A stretch of DNA of 64,000 nt from Candidatus Hydrogenedentota bacterium (GCA_045863335.1 BTVY01000005.1:100718-164717); one strand, 5' to 3'. Counted from the stretch's first letter, positions 11,057-21,534 are shown. Translations and numbers: made by a program. The notes: generated by a model not told the origin, from the sequence alone.

Positions 11057-12383
11057 GTACGTCACAAAACGCCGGATCGCCATTGCTGTGGGGATCGCCA
11101 CCGTGCTTGCGATCGCGTACTTCGCCCTGCATGAAAGCGCGCTGCCGGTGGAGATGGCGCAAGCGGAGACGCGGACCGTGCAGGCGTACATCGCGGAAGA
11201 TGCCAAGACGCGGCTGGACGAGGACATCACGATCGACATGCCCATCAGTGGGACCATACGGAAAATTGCCTTCGACGAGGGCGACACGGTTGCGAAAGGC
11301 GGCTGCGTCGCGACGGTAGACGCCTTCGCGCTGGAACAACGGATCGCCGGCGTCGAGGCGATGATCCAGCAGGCCGAGGCGCGTCTGACGAGCGTCGACG
11401 TGGAAAAACCGAAGCCAGAAGAATTGGCATCCGCCGAGCTGCGCGTGGAACAGGAACTGGATCGGCAGGAGATCGCGCAGAAGGAACTGGCCATCGCCGA
11501 AAACGACCTCGCTGATGCCGAGCGCGAGTACACCCGCGTAAAGGCCTTGCATGAGTCGGGGGCGGTGAGTCAGTCGCAGTTGGACAATGCCGAGCGAGCC
11601 TTCAAGAACGCGCAGGCGAACCTGCAACGCGCGCGGCTGGCCGTGCAGGCCAACCAAAAAGGGCGGGAGATGGCAAACCTCGCGTCGGAACGGTTGCAGG
11701 GGTCGATCGGCGACAACGAGTTCATGCGCCGCGTGTACAACGCGGAGATCGAGAACTTGCAGACGCAACTGGCCCAACTCCAGGATGACCTTGAGAAGGC
11801 GACCATCGAATCGCCCGTGGATGGGGTCATTCTCGAGAAGTTTGTGGAAGACAGCCGCGTGATGGCCGCGGGTTCGCCGCTGCTGCGCATCGGCGACATG
11901 AGCACGATTGAGATCGAATGCGACGTGCTGTCGGAAGAAGTCGGCCGGATCAATGTGGGCGATCCGGTGGAGATTACGGGAAAGGCGTTGAACGACGAAG
12001 TCATTATGGGATCCGTCGAGCGCATCTATCCGGCGGGGTTCAAGAAGATCTCCGCGCTGGGTATCGAGCAGCAGCGCGTGCGCACGATTATCGCATTCGA
12101 CAATGCCGAAGTGGAATTGCGGCCGGGCACGAGCGTGGACGTGCGGATCATTACGGACGAAGCGCCCGGTACCGTGGCTGTGCCTGAAAGGTCGACTTTC
12201 CGCAGCGACGGCGGTTGGGCTATCTTTGTCGTGAAGAATGGCGAAGCGGTACTGACGCCGGTGGAGATCGCGCTGAAGAACGACGATTGGGCCGCCATCG
12301 CTTCCGGCGTGCAGGCAGGCGAAACAGTCGTCGCCGAACCGAAGACCGAGTTGGAAGACGGTATGGCGGTTTCGCCACTGTAA
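11049..12383 (+). CDS. Efflux periplasmic adaptor (HlyD/MFP family)
   Basis: N-terminal TM, lipoyl halves (MPISGTI..IAFDEGDTV; IESPVDGVI), coiled coil, LRPGTSV. Confidence 0.92.
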   Translation: MSKYVTKRRIAIAVGIATVLAIAYFALHESALPVEMAQAETRTVQAYIAEDAKTRLDEDITIDMPISGTIRKIAFDEGDTVAKGGCVATVDAFALEQRIAGVEAMIQQAEARLTSVDVEKPKPEELASAELRVEQELDRQEIAQKELAIAENDLADAEREYTRVKALHESGAVSQSQLDNAERAFKNAQANLQRARLAVQANQKGREMANLASERLQGSIGDNEFMRRVYNAEIENLQTQLAQLQDDLEKATIESPVDGVILEKFVEDSRVMAAGSPLLRIGDMSTIEIECDVLSEEVGRINVGDPVEITGKALNDEVIMGSVERIYPAGFKKISALGIEQQRVRTIIAFDNAEVELRPGTSVDVRIITDEAPGTVAVPERSTFRSDGGWAIFVVKNGEAVLTPVEIALKNDDWAAIASGVQAGETVVAEPKTELEDGMAVSPL

Positions 12384-12446
12384 TTTGCGGATAGGGTATC
12401 GCCGGGTGCGTGCCCGACGATTACAAAGAAACAAGCGGGGTATATC

Positions 12447-13352
12447 ATGCGCAAACTTTTTGGTCCTCGATCTGGCTTTACGCTGATCGAATTGCTTGTA
12501 GTCATTGCTATCATCGGAATCTTGGCGGCGATCCTGTTGCCAGCCCTGGCGCGGGCGCGCGAGGCGGCACGGCGGGCGTCGTGCCAGAACAACCTCAAAC
12601 AACTCGGCCTCGCTCTGACGATGTACGCCGGGGAGCATCGCGGGTCCTTTCCGCAGCGCCAGGTTTTTAACGTCAACGGCGCGCTCAGTCCGGAAATGAT
12701 GTTCAATGGACCCGCCATGATCCCGGAGTACATCACGGACTACAACGTGATTTGGTGTCCTTCCTGGAGCGCCACATCGACGCTGATGGAGCGGTACGAC
12801 GAAGGCAAGGGTAACGGGGACGGCGTGTTGGAGCCGACGGAGATCGGGCAGGAGCCGTATCATTACACGGGCTGGTTGCTGATGGAAGACGTCAACATCA
12901 TCGGGCCGCTGGCGGGGACGGTCGGCACGGGACCCAATGGGCGATTCGAAGAACCCGAGTACATGAACACGCCGTGGGGCGAACTGGCGCAGGAGAACGT
13001 CGCCACGAACGGCGCCGCGAGCGACGAGGATTTCACGGTGTCGTCCACGTATGCCGGCACGCAGATCGGTGGCGGTGATACCTTCTTCCGGTTACGCGAA
13101 GGTATCGAACGGTTTTTGATGACGGACATCAACAACCCGGCGGGTTCGGCGACCGCTACGAGCGAAGTGCCGCTCATGTGGGACCACGTGTCAACCAAGG
13201 TGATCGACTTTTCGCATGCGCCGGGAGGCGGTAATGTGTTGTACCTGGACGGGCACGTGGAGTTCTTGCGCTATCCGAATGAGAAGTTTCCGTTTACCGT
13301 GGACAGCGCACGGACGCTGGGGCGGTATGGAAAACCGTTTGATGGGTTTTAG
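12447..13352 (+). CDS. DUF1559 prepilin-type N-methylation / H-X9-DG protein
   Basis: [45 protein letters not shown] and [19 protein letters not shown]. Confidence 0.95.
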   Translation: MRKLFGPRSGFTLIELLVVIAIIGILAAILLPALARAREAARRASCQNNLKQLGLALTMYAGEHRGSFPQRQVFNVNGALSPEMMFNGPAMIPEYITDYNVIWCPSWSATSTLMERYDEGKGNGDGVLEPTEIGQEPYHYTGWLLMEDVNIIGPLAGTVGTGPNGRFEEPEYMNTPWGELAQENVATNGAASDEDFTVSSTYAGTQIGGGDTFFRLREGIERFLMTDINNPAGSATATSEVPLMWDHVSTKVIDFSHAPGGGNVLYLDGHVEFLRYPNEKFPFTVDSARTLGRYGKPFDGF

Positions 13353-13359
13353 GGAGAAC

Positions 13360-13557
13360 AGGACGTATAGGACAGATAGGACCTATGGGACGGGCCAGGG
13401 CGATCGTCGTCGCGACGAGACAAACGAATTAACGAAATCATCTACCGAAAGGGCCCCTATGCCGGGAGTTCCACCGGCATGTAACGCTTAGTTCTCTACG
13501 CGATCACGTCAATTTCGCAAAAGTCCCATTCGTCTTATTGGTCCTATAGGTCCTATT
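13360..13557. repeat. Inverted pair of 9-bp-period arrays (ATAGGACnn / GTCCTAT) between convergent genes
   Basis: 13360-13391 aggacgtat aggacagat aggacctat gggac; 13523-13557 gtcccattc gtcttattg gtcctatag gtcctatt. Confidence 0.8.
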
Positions 13558-14518
13558 GCCGCTGTTCCGCTCGGCGCAGTCTTCCTGCCTGATAGGCCAG
13601 GCCGCGGGCGTTGATCAGGATATCGGCTTCGAGGCGTTCCATGGCTTTTGCAGTAGGTTCGACGCCGCAGTCGGCGAACTGGCGTCGGGCCTCGGCTTCG
13701 ACCTGGTCGCGGCAGTAGGATTCGAGGGCGTTGCCTTCCCACTGGCTGGCGGCGGCTTCGTGCATGATCCGTTCCATGGCGTCGATGGAGCGCAGCAATT
13801 CTTCGGCGGCGTCCGCGACTTGCTCCACAGCGCCGAAGTGCGTCACGTACACGCGGTCGCAACCCGTTTCGAGTATACGATGGACGGTACGGCGGGCTTC
13901 GACAGGATCGAACTCGGTAGGGGTGCTGGAGCAGGTGATAAGAGGCCGGTGGCCGGTCTGTAAGGCGGGATAGTAGAGACCAAAGCAATCGCCGGCGAAA
14001 ACGCCGTTCGACCCGCTGTCGTATATGCACATGTGGTGCCGGGCATGACCCGGGGTATCGAGAAAACGGAACGTGCGCGCACCGAATTCCAGCATATCGC
14101 CGTCGTGCATGGCGCGCACGCGAGCTTCAGGGATGGGATGGATCTCGCCGAAAAGTTGATCGAACACGGCTTCGCCGTAAACCTGCTTAGCGCTGGTTAC
14201 CAGCCGAGTGGGGTTGATGAGGTGCCGCGCGGCGCGGGGATGGCACAAGACGGTGGCATTGGGGCAACGCGCGAGCAGGGCAGCGGTGCCGCCAGAATGA
14301 TCGAGATGAATATGCGTCACGATAAGGTAGTCGACGCGGTCCGGCGAGACGTTGTGGGATTCGAGCGCGTCCAGCAGGTGCGGCAGGGCGCGCGCAGTAT
14401 TGTTGTCGACGAACGCCGCGCGATCCCCTTCCCGAATGAGGAAGGACGCGGCGATTTCTGGCGCAACGTACTGGCAATCGACGGTATGGACGGAATCCGG
14501 TTGCGGCGTACTCGGCAT
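13553..14518 (-). CDS. MBL-fold metallo-hydrolase
   Basis: THIHLDHSGG, TPGHARHH, FAGD, VTHFG. Real start ATG 14518 (MPSTPQ); the track's extension to 15412 is antisense to the metE-like gene. Confidence 0.9.
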   Translation of the reverse strand: MPSTPQPDSVHTVDCQYVAPEIAASFLIREGDRAAFVDNNTARALPHLLDALESHNVSPDRVDYLIVTHIHLDHSGGTAALLARCPNATVLCHPRAARHLINPTRLVTSAKQVYGEAVFDQLFGEIHPIPEARVRAMHDGDMLEFGARTFRFLDTPGHARHHMCIYDSGSNGVFAGDCFGLYYPALQTGHRPLITCSSTPTEFDPVEARRTVHRILETGCDRVYVTHFGAVEQVADAAEELLRSIDAMERIMHEAAASQWEGNALESYCRDQVEAEARRQFADCGVEPTAKAMERLEADILINARGLAYQAGRLRRAEQRQ

Positions 14519-14595
14519 GAATACTCCCTTGCCTGGTTCGTTTTCGACGGGCCACCCATAGTGACATAGACGCATCACACCCCGCCAGATTTGCC

Positions 14596-14619
14596 GCAGG
14601 CTGGAAGCCTGCACCACAA
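14596..14619. repeat. Single REP-like hairpin GCAGGCTGGAAGCCTGCACCAC
   Basis: Hairpin with a TGGAA loop, sharing the GGCTGGAAGCC core with the element at 15754-15776. Confidence 0.55.
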
Positions 14620-14680
14620 CATCGCGATAATGGGCGATCCCAAAATCCCAGGTGACATTCATGTGCGAGGAGAGCCGATC

Positions 14681-15673
14681 ATGATTCAGACCACTGTAGT
14701 GGGCAGTTATCCCGTTCCCGATTGGTTGGCGGCGTTGCCGTCGGAGCAGGCCGTAATCGACGCGACTGCGGTCGTGTTCAAGATCCAGGAGAACGCGGGG
14801 ATCGACGTGGTGGCCGACGGCGAGCTGTACCGGTTCGACGTGAACCATCCCGACACGAACGGGATGATCGACTATTTCGTGCGGCCCCTGGGCAACGTGC
14901 GTTCCGCGATCAGCCGCGCGGACGTGGAGTCGATGCGTTCGGATCCGCAGATGAAATGGCGCGCGAAACCGGCGGGCGTGGTGGAAGGGCCGATCACCGA
15001 AGGCACGCTCGACCTCGTGTCCGATTGCCGGCGCGCGCGGGCGCTGACGCAGTCGAAGATGAAGTTCACATTGACAGGTCCGCACATGCTGTGCAAGACC
15101 CTGCTCGATCATCACTACAAGAACACGCCAGATCTGTGCAACGCCATTGCCGACGTGTTGGCGAAACAGGTGGCGGAATTGGATGCCGACGTGATCCAGG
15201 TGGACGAGGCGAATCTGCCGGGGCATCCGGAAGACGCGTCGTGGGCGCTGGAGGCCATCAATCGCGTGTTGGACGCGGTAAAGACGACCCCGGCGGTGCA
15301 TTTGTGCTTCGGCAACTACGGCGGGCAGACGATTCAGAAGGGTGACTGGGATCACCTTGTCGGGTTTCTGAGCGGACTGCACGCGGATCACGCGCTGTTG
15401 GAAGTGGCGCACCGCGATACGTGGGAGTTGGAGAACCTGGCGAAGGTCGACAAGAAGCTGGGGATCGGCCTGGGCGTGGTAGACATCAAGACGAACGTGG
15501 TCGAGACCCCGGACCAGATCGCGCGGCGGATTGAAGACGCGGAGAAGAAACTCGGCAAGGGGCGGGTGACATACATCAACCCCGACTGCGGGTTCTGGAT
15601 GCTGAAGCGCAGCGTGGCGGACCGGAAGATCCGGGCGTTGGTGGAAGGGCGGGATTTATTTGAGGGGCGGTGA
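14681..15673 (+). CDS. Cobalamin-independent methionine synthase II family (single-barrel MetE C-terminal type)
   Basis: TTVVGSYP, ADGELYR, IQVDEA, zinc ligands HLC / E / NPDCG. Confidence 0.88.
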   Translation: MIQTTVVGSYPVPDWLAALPSEQAVIDATAVVFKIQENAGIDVVADGELYRFDVNHPDTNGMIDYFVRPLGNVRSAISRADVESMRSDPQMKWRAKPAGVVEGPITEGTLDLVSDCRRARALTQSKMKFTLTGPHMLCKTLLDHHYKNTPDLCNAIADVLAKQVAELDADVIQVDEANLPGHPEDASWALEAINRVLDAVKTTPAVHLCFGNYGGQTIQKGDWDHLVGFLSGLHADHALLEVAHRDTWELENLAKVDKKLGIGLGVVDIKTNVVETPDQIARRIEDAEKKLGKGRVTYINPDCGFWMLKRSVADRKIRALVEGRDLFEGR

Positions 15674-15725
15674 GACCAAAACCACGACGTGTTGCGTGGG
15701 TACGTAGTAAGGCTTTTCAAGAGGG

Positions 15726-15776
15726 CCATGGGCAAGATGCCCATGGTATGAGACACGGGCTGGAAGCCCGTGGCAC
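15726..15776. repeat. Tandem REP-like hairpins CATGGGCAAGATGCCCATG and CACGGGCTGGAAGCCCGTG
   Basis: Two related palindromes in a convergent intergenic gap. Confidence 0.7.
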
Positions 15777-15785
15777 CTCGAACTC

Positions 15786-15827
15786 AATTGGACGGATCGG
15801 ACCGATTTCGGTCCGATCCGTCCAATT
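15786..15827. repeat. Perfect 20-bp inverted repeat built from 9-bp GGAC units
   Basis: aattggacggatcggaccga-tt-tcggtccgatccgtccaatt. Confidence 0.85.
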
Positions 15828-15852
15828 AATTCTGCGGACTCCTGAACTCGCG

Positions 15853-17145
15853 CTACACGACGATCTTTTGTTGGCCGGCGTCGAACCGGGCGACTCCGCC
15901 TTCGCGGAGGGCCAGCGTGCCCATTTGCAGGGCGGTCTGCACGTGGTAGGCAAGTTGCGCGTTGCTCCACGTGTCCTTCGTGCGCGTCCGGCAGCAATCC
16001 AGGAAGTGCGTGAAGTAGCGCACCATGTCTTCCTTCGCTTCGATGGCGAAACTCTTGGGTTCACCTTTGGACTCCGCAGCCGGCACGAAGATGATCTGTT
16101 CGCCCTGCACCGTTAACGTGCCATCCCATCCGCGCAAGACGGGGATGCGCCCGCCCGCGCCGCGGCCGCCGGTGCCCTGGTAGTCGTTGCCCTGTGTGCC
16201 GAGCACGGCCACCGTGACCTTCTCGGGATAATCGAGGAGCATGTTGTACGTATCAGGGACTTCCCGTTCCGTGTAGCGGAACATGCCGCCGGTCGACACG
16301 ACCATGCTGGGCATGCCGAGGCCGAGCATGTGAATCACGGGCGTAAGGGAATGCGGGAAAAGATCGGTCGAGGGGCCGCCCGCATAGTCTTCATACATGC
16401 GCCACCGGAAAAAGCGGCTGACGTCGAAAGGCCGTTCCGGCGAATCGCCCAGGAAGGCTTCCCAATTCAAATCTGGTCCGGGTTTGGCGTTGGGGTCATC
16501 GATGGGCATGCCGCGTTCGCCCCAATCGCCCACGCGGAAGTAGCCGCACTCCGCCACGATGGGCTGGCCGATAATGCCGTCTTTCACCAATGCGGCCATC
16601 TGGTGCCACGCGGAATCCGACATGCCTTGCGAACCCAGGATGAATACGCGATCCGAGGCTTCGACTTCCGCCGCAAGCTGCCGCGTCAGTTCAAACTGAC
16701 GCCAATGGGTCACCGGTTTCTCGCAATAGACGTCCTTGCCCGCGCGGATGGCGTCGATGGCCTGATACCCGTGATGATGGTCTGGCGTCGCGATGAAGAC
16801 CACATCGACATCCGCGTCCGCAAGCAATTCGCGGTGGTCCATGTAGAGCTTCGCGCCCCAGGCTTGCGCGGCGCGCTCCGCGCGCGGGCGGTAGACGTCG
16901 CACATGGCGACGACGTCAATGTTGCCGCCGTTCTCTTTGATGTAGCCGAGGGTCTTCAGGTGTGCGGCACCCCGGCCGCCGCATCCGATTTGGCCGATGC
17001 GCAGCGTGTCTTGCGGCGCTTCCTGTGCCGCCACGTGCAATGCGGATGCGGCGACGGTTGCCGCCACTCCCGCAGTAGCGGTCCGGCCCATGAACTGACG
17101 GCGCGTCAGGTTATCCCCCGCTGGATGATTGGATGTGGTTCCCAT
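15853..17145 (-). CDS. Tat-exported Gfo/Idh/MocA oxidoreductase
   Basis: TRRQFM Tat motif, IGCGGRG, ATPDHHH, YCEKP, FFRWRMY.DY.GG. Confidence 0.92.
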   Translation of the reverse strand: MGTTSNHPAGDNLTRRQFMGRTATAGVAATVAASALHVAAQEAPQDTLRIGQIGCGGRGAAHLKTLGYIKENGGNIDVVAMCDVYRPRAERAAQAWGAKLYMDHRELLADADVDVVFIATPDHHHGYQAIDAIRAGKDVYCEKPVTHWRQFELTRQLAAEVEASDRVFILGSQGMSDSAWHQMAALVKDGIIGQPIVAECGYFRVGDWGERGMPIDDPNAKPGPDLNWEAFLGDSPERPFDVSRFFRWRMYEDYAGGPSTDLFPHSLTPVIHMLGLGMPSMVVSTGGMFRYTEREVPDTYNMLLDYPEKVTVAVLGTQGNDYQGTGGRGAGGRIPVLRGWDGTLTVQGEQIIFVPAAESKGEPKSFAIEAKEDMVRYFTHFLDCCRTRTKDTWSNAQLAYHVQTALQMGTLALREGGVARFDAGQQKIVV

Positions 17146-17260
17146 GATGATCTCCTTAAACAAGCAATTCCCCCGTTGAAATGCGACAGTGCGTAATAAG
17201 ATTCAATTGGCCGGTTTGAAAAATATTCCTCTTCAGACGACAAATCCCTTAGAAGGCCGA

Positions 17261-17343
17261 ATGTAGCGCAGGCGTCCTCGCCTGCAAACTTCCAAGGGTC
17301 TGCTCTCCTGTCCCGTTTGCAGGCGGGGACGCCTGCGCTACAT
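17261..17343. repeat. GTAG-type REP doublet (REPIN/BIME-like)
   Basis: atgtagcgcaggcgtcctcgcctgcaaac ... gtttgcaggcggggacgcctgcgctacat: 29-bp inverted arms with one mismatch, each arm an internal hairpin after GTAG. Confidence 0.85.
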
Positions 17344-17399
17344 AGACCGGCTTCGTTCCGGGCATTCAACTGACCTGAACTGTTCTCGAGCAACCCTCG

Positions 17400-18356
17400 T
17401 TACTCTCGATCTTCGCGTGGCAGGGCGAGCCAGCGTTGGTACAAGGCTTCGATGTCCGCGTCCTCGGGCGCGGCATCCCACACGGCGACGCCATACCGAA
17501 GGGTCAGCGTTTCGCCGGCGTTGATGACGAGTGGTTCGTTTTTCAGATCCAGGGTGGCGGACATGTACGCGAACCCTACGGGCATGGTGAACCACGTGGC
17601 CGGATGCCGCGCGTTCCCGGGATCGTCGAACATCGCAACCGTGAGCGGTTGGCCGTCGACCTCCGCCGTGTAAGAGGACCACGCCGCGCGGCCGAGCCGT
17701 TCCTCCCCGCGCTCGACTTTGCCGAGGTCGCCGGCCGCGTTTCGGAACGTACCGATGGCATCCATGCTGTGCGGGAAGCGAAACCCGAGGCCGAAGTAAT
17801 GCGAGCCGGAGAGGGTTACCGAAGGCAACCCTTCCGCGGGTGTGAGCGCGGTGATCCAGGTGACCAGCGTTGCAGGTATTCCGGGCGAGCGGTACGTGGC
17901 GATGGTACGCACTTCGTTCAGGAGCGTCGCGCTATCGTCCGGGCGCACCCAATCGAGCGCTTCGCCGAAACGTGCGCATGTGGCGCCATTCACCGATTCC
18001 ACGGTTTGCTCGTTGATCCATTGGCGATGGAGCTGCTTGCCCCCAGTTGGCGTCTCTTCCCAGAAGTTGACGCCTTCCGCGGCGACCGCGAACATGAGTG
18101 CGTGATGATGCAGGTGATCCGGCGGGGCGTCGAGAAGCACGTTGAATCCGGACGGCGAATACAGCTCCTGCACGCAGGGTTTGAACGGCACGCCCGCGTA
18201 GTGGTAGCGCAAGACCGGATCGCCGGAGGACACGGTCAGGTGGGTGTCATCCAATGCAATCGACAATGGCCCTTGCGCATTTCCTTGTTGGGCCAAGCCG
18301 GCACCGGCAACGAGCCCCAAAAAAACAAACCCAATGCAACACGCTCTACTCAACAT
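17400..18356 (-). CDS. PmoA/DUF6807 family secreted protein
   Basis: Signal peptide, KP..H/ELYSPSG, P.DH.HHHALMFA, NFWEE, YFGLGFR, DDPGN..HP..W. Confidence 0.75.
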   Translation of the reverse strand: MLSRACCIGFVFLGLVAGAGLAQQGNAQGPLSIALDDTHLTVSSGDPVLRYHYAGVPFKPCVQELYSPSGFNVLLDAPPDHLHHHALMFAVAAEGVNFWEETPTGGKQLHRQWINEQTVESVNGATCARFGEALDWVRPDDSATLLNEVRTIATYRSPGIPATLVTWITALTPAEGLPSVTLSGSHYFGLGFRFPHSMDAIGTFRNAAGDLGKVERGEERLGRAAWSSYTAEVDGQPLTVAMFDDPGNARHPATWFTMPVGFAYMSATLDLKNEPLVINAGETLTLRYGVAVWDAAPEDADIEALYQRWLALPREDRE

Positions 18357-18393
18357 CTGCCCTTATTCCCCCTGCGGCATGCGGCGGCAATGC

Positions 18394-18423
18394 CGTCCGT
18401 GTATGTCCGTGTCAGTCCGTGTT
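18394..18423. repeat. 10-bp-period GTCCGTG array (3 units)
   Basis: gtccgtgtat gtccgtgtca gtccgtgtt; same unit as the 58201-58393 arrays. Confidence 0.7.
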
Positions 18424-18432
18424 CTTTTCCCT

Positions 18433-19260
18433 CTACTTTAACAGCGGCTTCAGATGCGCCACGCTGCGCTCCGCCTGATCGACGGTGCCGCATTCGACAC
18501 TGAGCACGATATCCCGCTTCGCGCGCTTGCACACGTCGATCACCTTCGCCCAGTCGACCACGCCTTCGCCGCAGGCGCAGCCCACTGGCGTCCCCGTGAC
18601 TTTGCCGCGTTCCGCATCGCTCTGCTGCACGGAAATGTCCTTCGCGTGAAGATGGACGAGCCGGTCAACGACGTGTTCCAGCCACACGATGGGATCTTCG
18701 CCCGAGAGGTAGCTGTTGCCCGTGTCAAAGTTGATGCCGATGGCTGGGGAATCGACGAGGCTGTAGATCTTGTCGAGCCCCTTCGGAGACTTGCTGTATT
18801 GCTGGTGCGGCTCGATGCCGATGAGGATGCCGCGGGCCTCGGCGAGTTGGGCCGCCTCGTGGAGGACGTAGCGCATGAGCGTGTGGTCTTCTTCTTCGGA
18901 CGTCCACTTGGGTTTTGGGCCTTCGTCGGTATTGATGACCGGCGCGCCGCATTCCGCCGCGAAGCGGACGGCCTGCTTCAAATATTCCGTGCTGATCTCC
19001 GGTTTGCAGAGCGGACAGTGTGCCGACAATCCCGACAGACGGACTCCGGCTTTTTCGCAGGCCCGCTTGACGCGGTAGGGGTCGTCGAGCATGGAGACAC
19101 TGTGGAAGTACCCCGCTTCGCTCAGCAGCTCGCGGCCCCAGTGGACCATGGGTTCAACGAAGTCGTACCCGAGTTCCGCGGCCTTCTCGACGCCCCACTC
19201 CATGGGCTTGTCCTGATGCCGGACGAATTCCAGATTGATGCCCAGTAAAACGTTTCCCAT
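18433..19260 (-). CDS. Sugar phosphate isomerase/epimerase (AP endonuclease 2 TIM barrel)
   Basis: GYDFVE, GIEPH, NFDTGN, HLHAKD, GEGVVDW, SVEC. Confidence 0.9.
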   Translation of the reverse strand: MGNVLLGINLEFVRHQDKPMEWGVEKAAELGYDFVEPMVHWGRELLSEAGYFHSVSMLDDPYRVKRACEKAGVRLSGLSAHCPLCKPEISTEYLKQAVRFAAECGAPVINTDEGPKPKWTSEEEDHTLMRYVLHEAAQLAEARGILIGIEPHQQYSKSPKGLDKIYSLVDSPAIGINFDTGNSYLSGEDPIVWLEHVVDRLVHLHAKDISVQQSDAERGKVTGTPVGCACGEGVVDWAKVIDVCKRAKRDIVLSVECGTVDQAERSVAHLKPLLK

Positions 19261-19461
19261 TGCACCGTTCCTCCCCGAAACGCGTGGTACCCCCAATCGA
19301 CGCAGCCCGATCCGGCCGCGCGGGAATCGTATTCCCCCTGTCTGTAATCATACGCGAAAACGGCGGAAAAGTCTTGCGGGTAGGGGCGCCTTGAAAACAC
19401 CGCCGCGCTTCGGCCACTCTGGCCACGGCTTGCTGAGTTGGGACCAGGGGAAACTGCTTTC

Positions 19462-21519
19462 ATGAAGAAGATCGGTGCGCTGCTGGCTCTGGCGATAATC
19501 GTTGGCTGCAAGACAACCCCGCCGGAACCGCCGGTCACGGAACCGCCGGTGCAACCCGTTGGCGACGTTCCAGTTCCGGCCGACACGGGCGACTTGGGAC
19601 CGCTCAAGGGGCGGCGGATTTGCCTGGATCCCGGGCATGGCGGACCCTGGCCGGGCGCGGTAGCGCCGTCGAACGCCGTCCGCGAAGCGGACGTGAATCT
19701 GAACGTGGCGCGGCGCTTGAAGCAGATGCTGGAGCAGGCGGGCGCGACGGTCGTCATGACGCGGGACGACGATACCGTGCTGCAACCGGAGAATCTCAGC
19801 GCGGATCTTGCGGCGCGCGCAGCCTTCGCCAACCAGAACCAGGTCGACACCTTTCTGAGCATCCATCATAACGCGGACATCGAGACCGGCTCGGACCGGA
19901 ACGATCTCGAGGTCTACTACAAGCTACGCGAGGAAGGAGCGAGTCTCGATCTCGCCCAAGCCCTGACGCGGTCACTGGCGCGGGAACTGGGCGCGAGCGC
20001 AACGGCGCGGCGGCTTCTGCCGGGGAATTACAAAGTGCTGCGGCTGGCAGAGGTGCCGGCCGTGCTGTTGGAATCCTCGTACATGACCCATGCGGGCAAT
20101 GCCGCGGCCCTGGCGACGGAGCAGGCGATCACCGCCGAGGCCCACGCCATCGCCACCGGGCTTGCGAATTACTTCGCCCTCGATCCGCCCCAAGTCGCTT
20201 CCGCCGAACTGGCGCCGCTCGACGGCGGACGCACCCACGAACTCCGCGTGAAATTTGCGCGGGGCATGCCCATCGACATGACGACCGTGCAGGTCTGGCA
20301 GAACGGCGCGCCCGCGCATGGCGTGGCGGAACCGGCGGAAGGCGGGTTCGTGTGGACCTTCCCGGAGCCGCTGGAGAACGGCAAGCCGGGTCTACAGGTG
20401 ACGCTGCGCAACGCCAAGGGCGCGGCTCTCGAGTTTCCGGTGAACGCCACGGTAAACCGGCCGCCCGCGACCATCATGGCGGTGCAGATCCCGGAAAGCG
20501 TCGCGGCGCGATCGGGTTGCGAGATCCTGGTGCTGGCGCGCGTGCTCGATGCGTATGGGTATCCCGTCGCCGACGGGACGCAGGTGGCGATCAACGAATC
20601 CGGCGACACCACGGCGACGAAAGATGGCGTGGCGCGGTTCTATCTCGCGGAGCCGGAGAAGTCTCCCACGCTGACGCTCGCGAGTGGCTCAGCGAAGGAA
20701 ACCTTCACGCTGCGCGTTGGCGATGCGCGCTATCGAAGTCTGCGCGTGACGCGCGCGGGCACGACGGAACCCGTCGGCGGCGCGGCGGTTGCCGTGAACG
20801 GAATCTCGCTTGGCGTGACAACGCCCGAAGGGTGGTTCGCCGTGCCGGTGTCGGTGGAAGACGCGTACGTGCGTTGTCCCGGTTATGAACCGGCTTTTGT
20901 GGAACTTCAGAAAGCCCGCGTCGACGTGGCGTTGAATCCCGTTGCGGGCGGCGTGTTGTTGGGCAAGACCATCGTGCTCGATCCCGCCTACGGCGGACGC
21001 GAAGCCGGGGCCATCGGACCGGCCGGCATGCGCGCGAGCGATTATGCCTTGTCGGTCGCGCGACGAACCGCGGCACTGCTGCGGGCGGCGGGCGCGACGG
21101 TGCACATCACCCGCGCGGGTGACCTGGAAACCTCGGAACCGCGCCGGGTGCTGGTCGCGGAAGACACGGGCGCCGATGTGCTTGTTTCGATTGCGCTGGG
21201 ATCGCGCGGCACGAATGCAAAGACGTTAGACGCGTCCGGCCATCGGTCGGATCGCAATGCCTTCGTGGGCCACTATCCGAACAGTCCCGACGGCACCCGC
21301 CTTGCCACTGCGATTGGAGATGCCCTCGGCGGGATTCCCGCGGTGCCGTCGGTCGCGTACGTCGTGCAACAGACGGGGTGCCCTGCCGTATTGGTCCAAC
21401 CCGCCGACATCACGGAAGGCGACAACGAAACCCAGTATCGCGCGCCGGATGTGCAACGAAAAGTGGCCGACGCGATCTACCGCGGAATCGCGACCTACTA
21501 CGGAGCGGCGGCGCAGTAG
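19462..21519 (+). CDS. Lipoprotein N-acetylmuramoyl-L-alanine amidase (Amidase_3) with a second degenerate amidase domain
   Basis: Lipobox IVGC. Domain 1 has DPGHGG, E, SIHHN and LLES. Domain 2 has DPAYGG, SIALG and LVQP. Confidence 0.88.
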   Translation: MKKIGALLALAIIVGCKTTPPEPPVTEPPVQPVGDVPVPADTGDLGPLKGRRICLDPGHGGPWPGAVAPSNAVREADVNLNVARRLKQMLEQAGATVVMTRDDDTVLQPENLSADLAARAAFANQNQVDTFLSIHHNADIETGSDRNDLEVYYKLREEGASLDLAQALTRSLARELGASATARRLLPGNYKVLRLAEVPAVLLESSYMTHAGNAAALATEQAITAEAHAIATGLANYFALDPPQVASAELAPLDGGRTHELRVKFARGMPIDMTTVQVWQNGAPAHGVAEPAEGGFVWTFPEPLENGKPGLQVTLRNAKGAALEFPVNATVNRPPATIMAVQIPESVAARSGCEILVLARVLDAYGYPVADGTQVAINESGDTTATKDGVARFYLAEPEKSPTLTLASGSAKETFTLRVGDARYRSLRVTRAGTTEPVGGAAVAVNGISLGVTTPEGWFAVPVSVEDAYVRCPGYEPAFVELQKARVDVALNPVAGGVLLGKTIVLDPAYGGREAGAIGPAGMRASDYALSVARRTAALLRAAGATVHITRAGDLETSEPRRVLVAEDTGADVLVSIALGSRGTNAKTLDASGHRSDRNAFVGHYPNSPDGTRLATAIGDALGGIPAVPSVAYVVQQTGCPAVLVQPADITEGDNETQYRAPDVQRKVADAIYRGIATYYGAAAQ

Positions 21520-21534
21520 CGAACGCGTGGGCTA

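Noticed and set aside
11013-12863. Long antisense ORFs (616 aa here; also 9713-10816, 31480-32646, 40808-41917, 43269-44561, 47937-49280, 62159-63205)
   Set aside because: Shadows of well-supported genes on the opposite strand, expected in high-GC DNA, with no recognisable motifs.
14519-14680. SAM or cobalamin riboswitch before the metE-like gene
   Set aside because: No recognisable consensus; the gap is short and holds a REP-like hairpin.
14519-15412. N-terminal extension of the 619-aa MBL ORF
   Set aside because: Antisense to the methionine synthase II gene; a good RBS and ATG exist at 14518.
17400-18356. Methane monooxygenase suggested by the 'PmoA' family name
   Set aside because: Soluble secreted protein in a sugar-catabolism context, with no pmoB/pmoC and no polytopic TM pattern.
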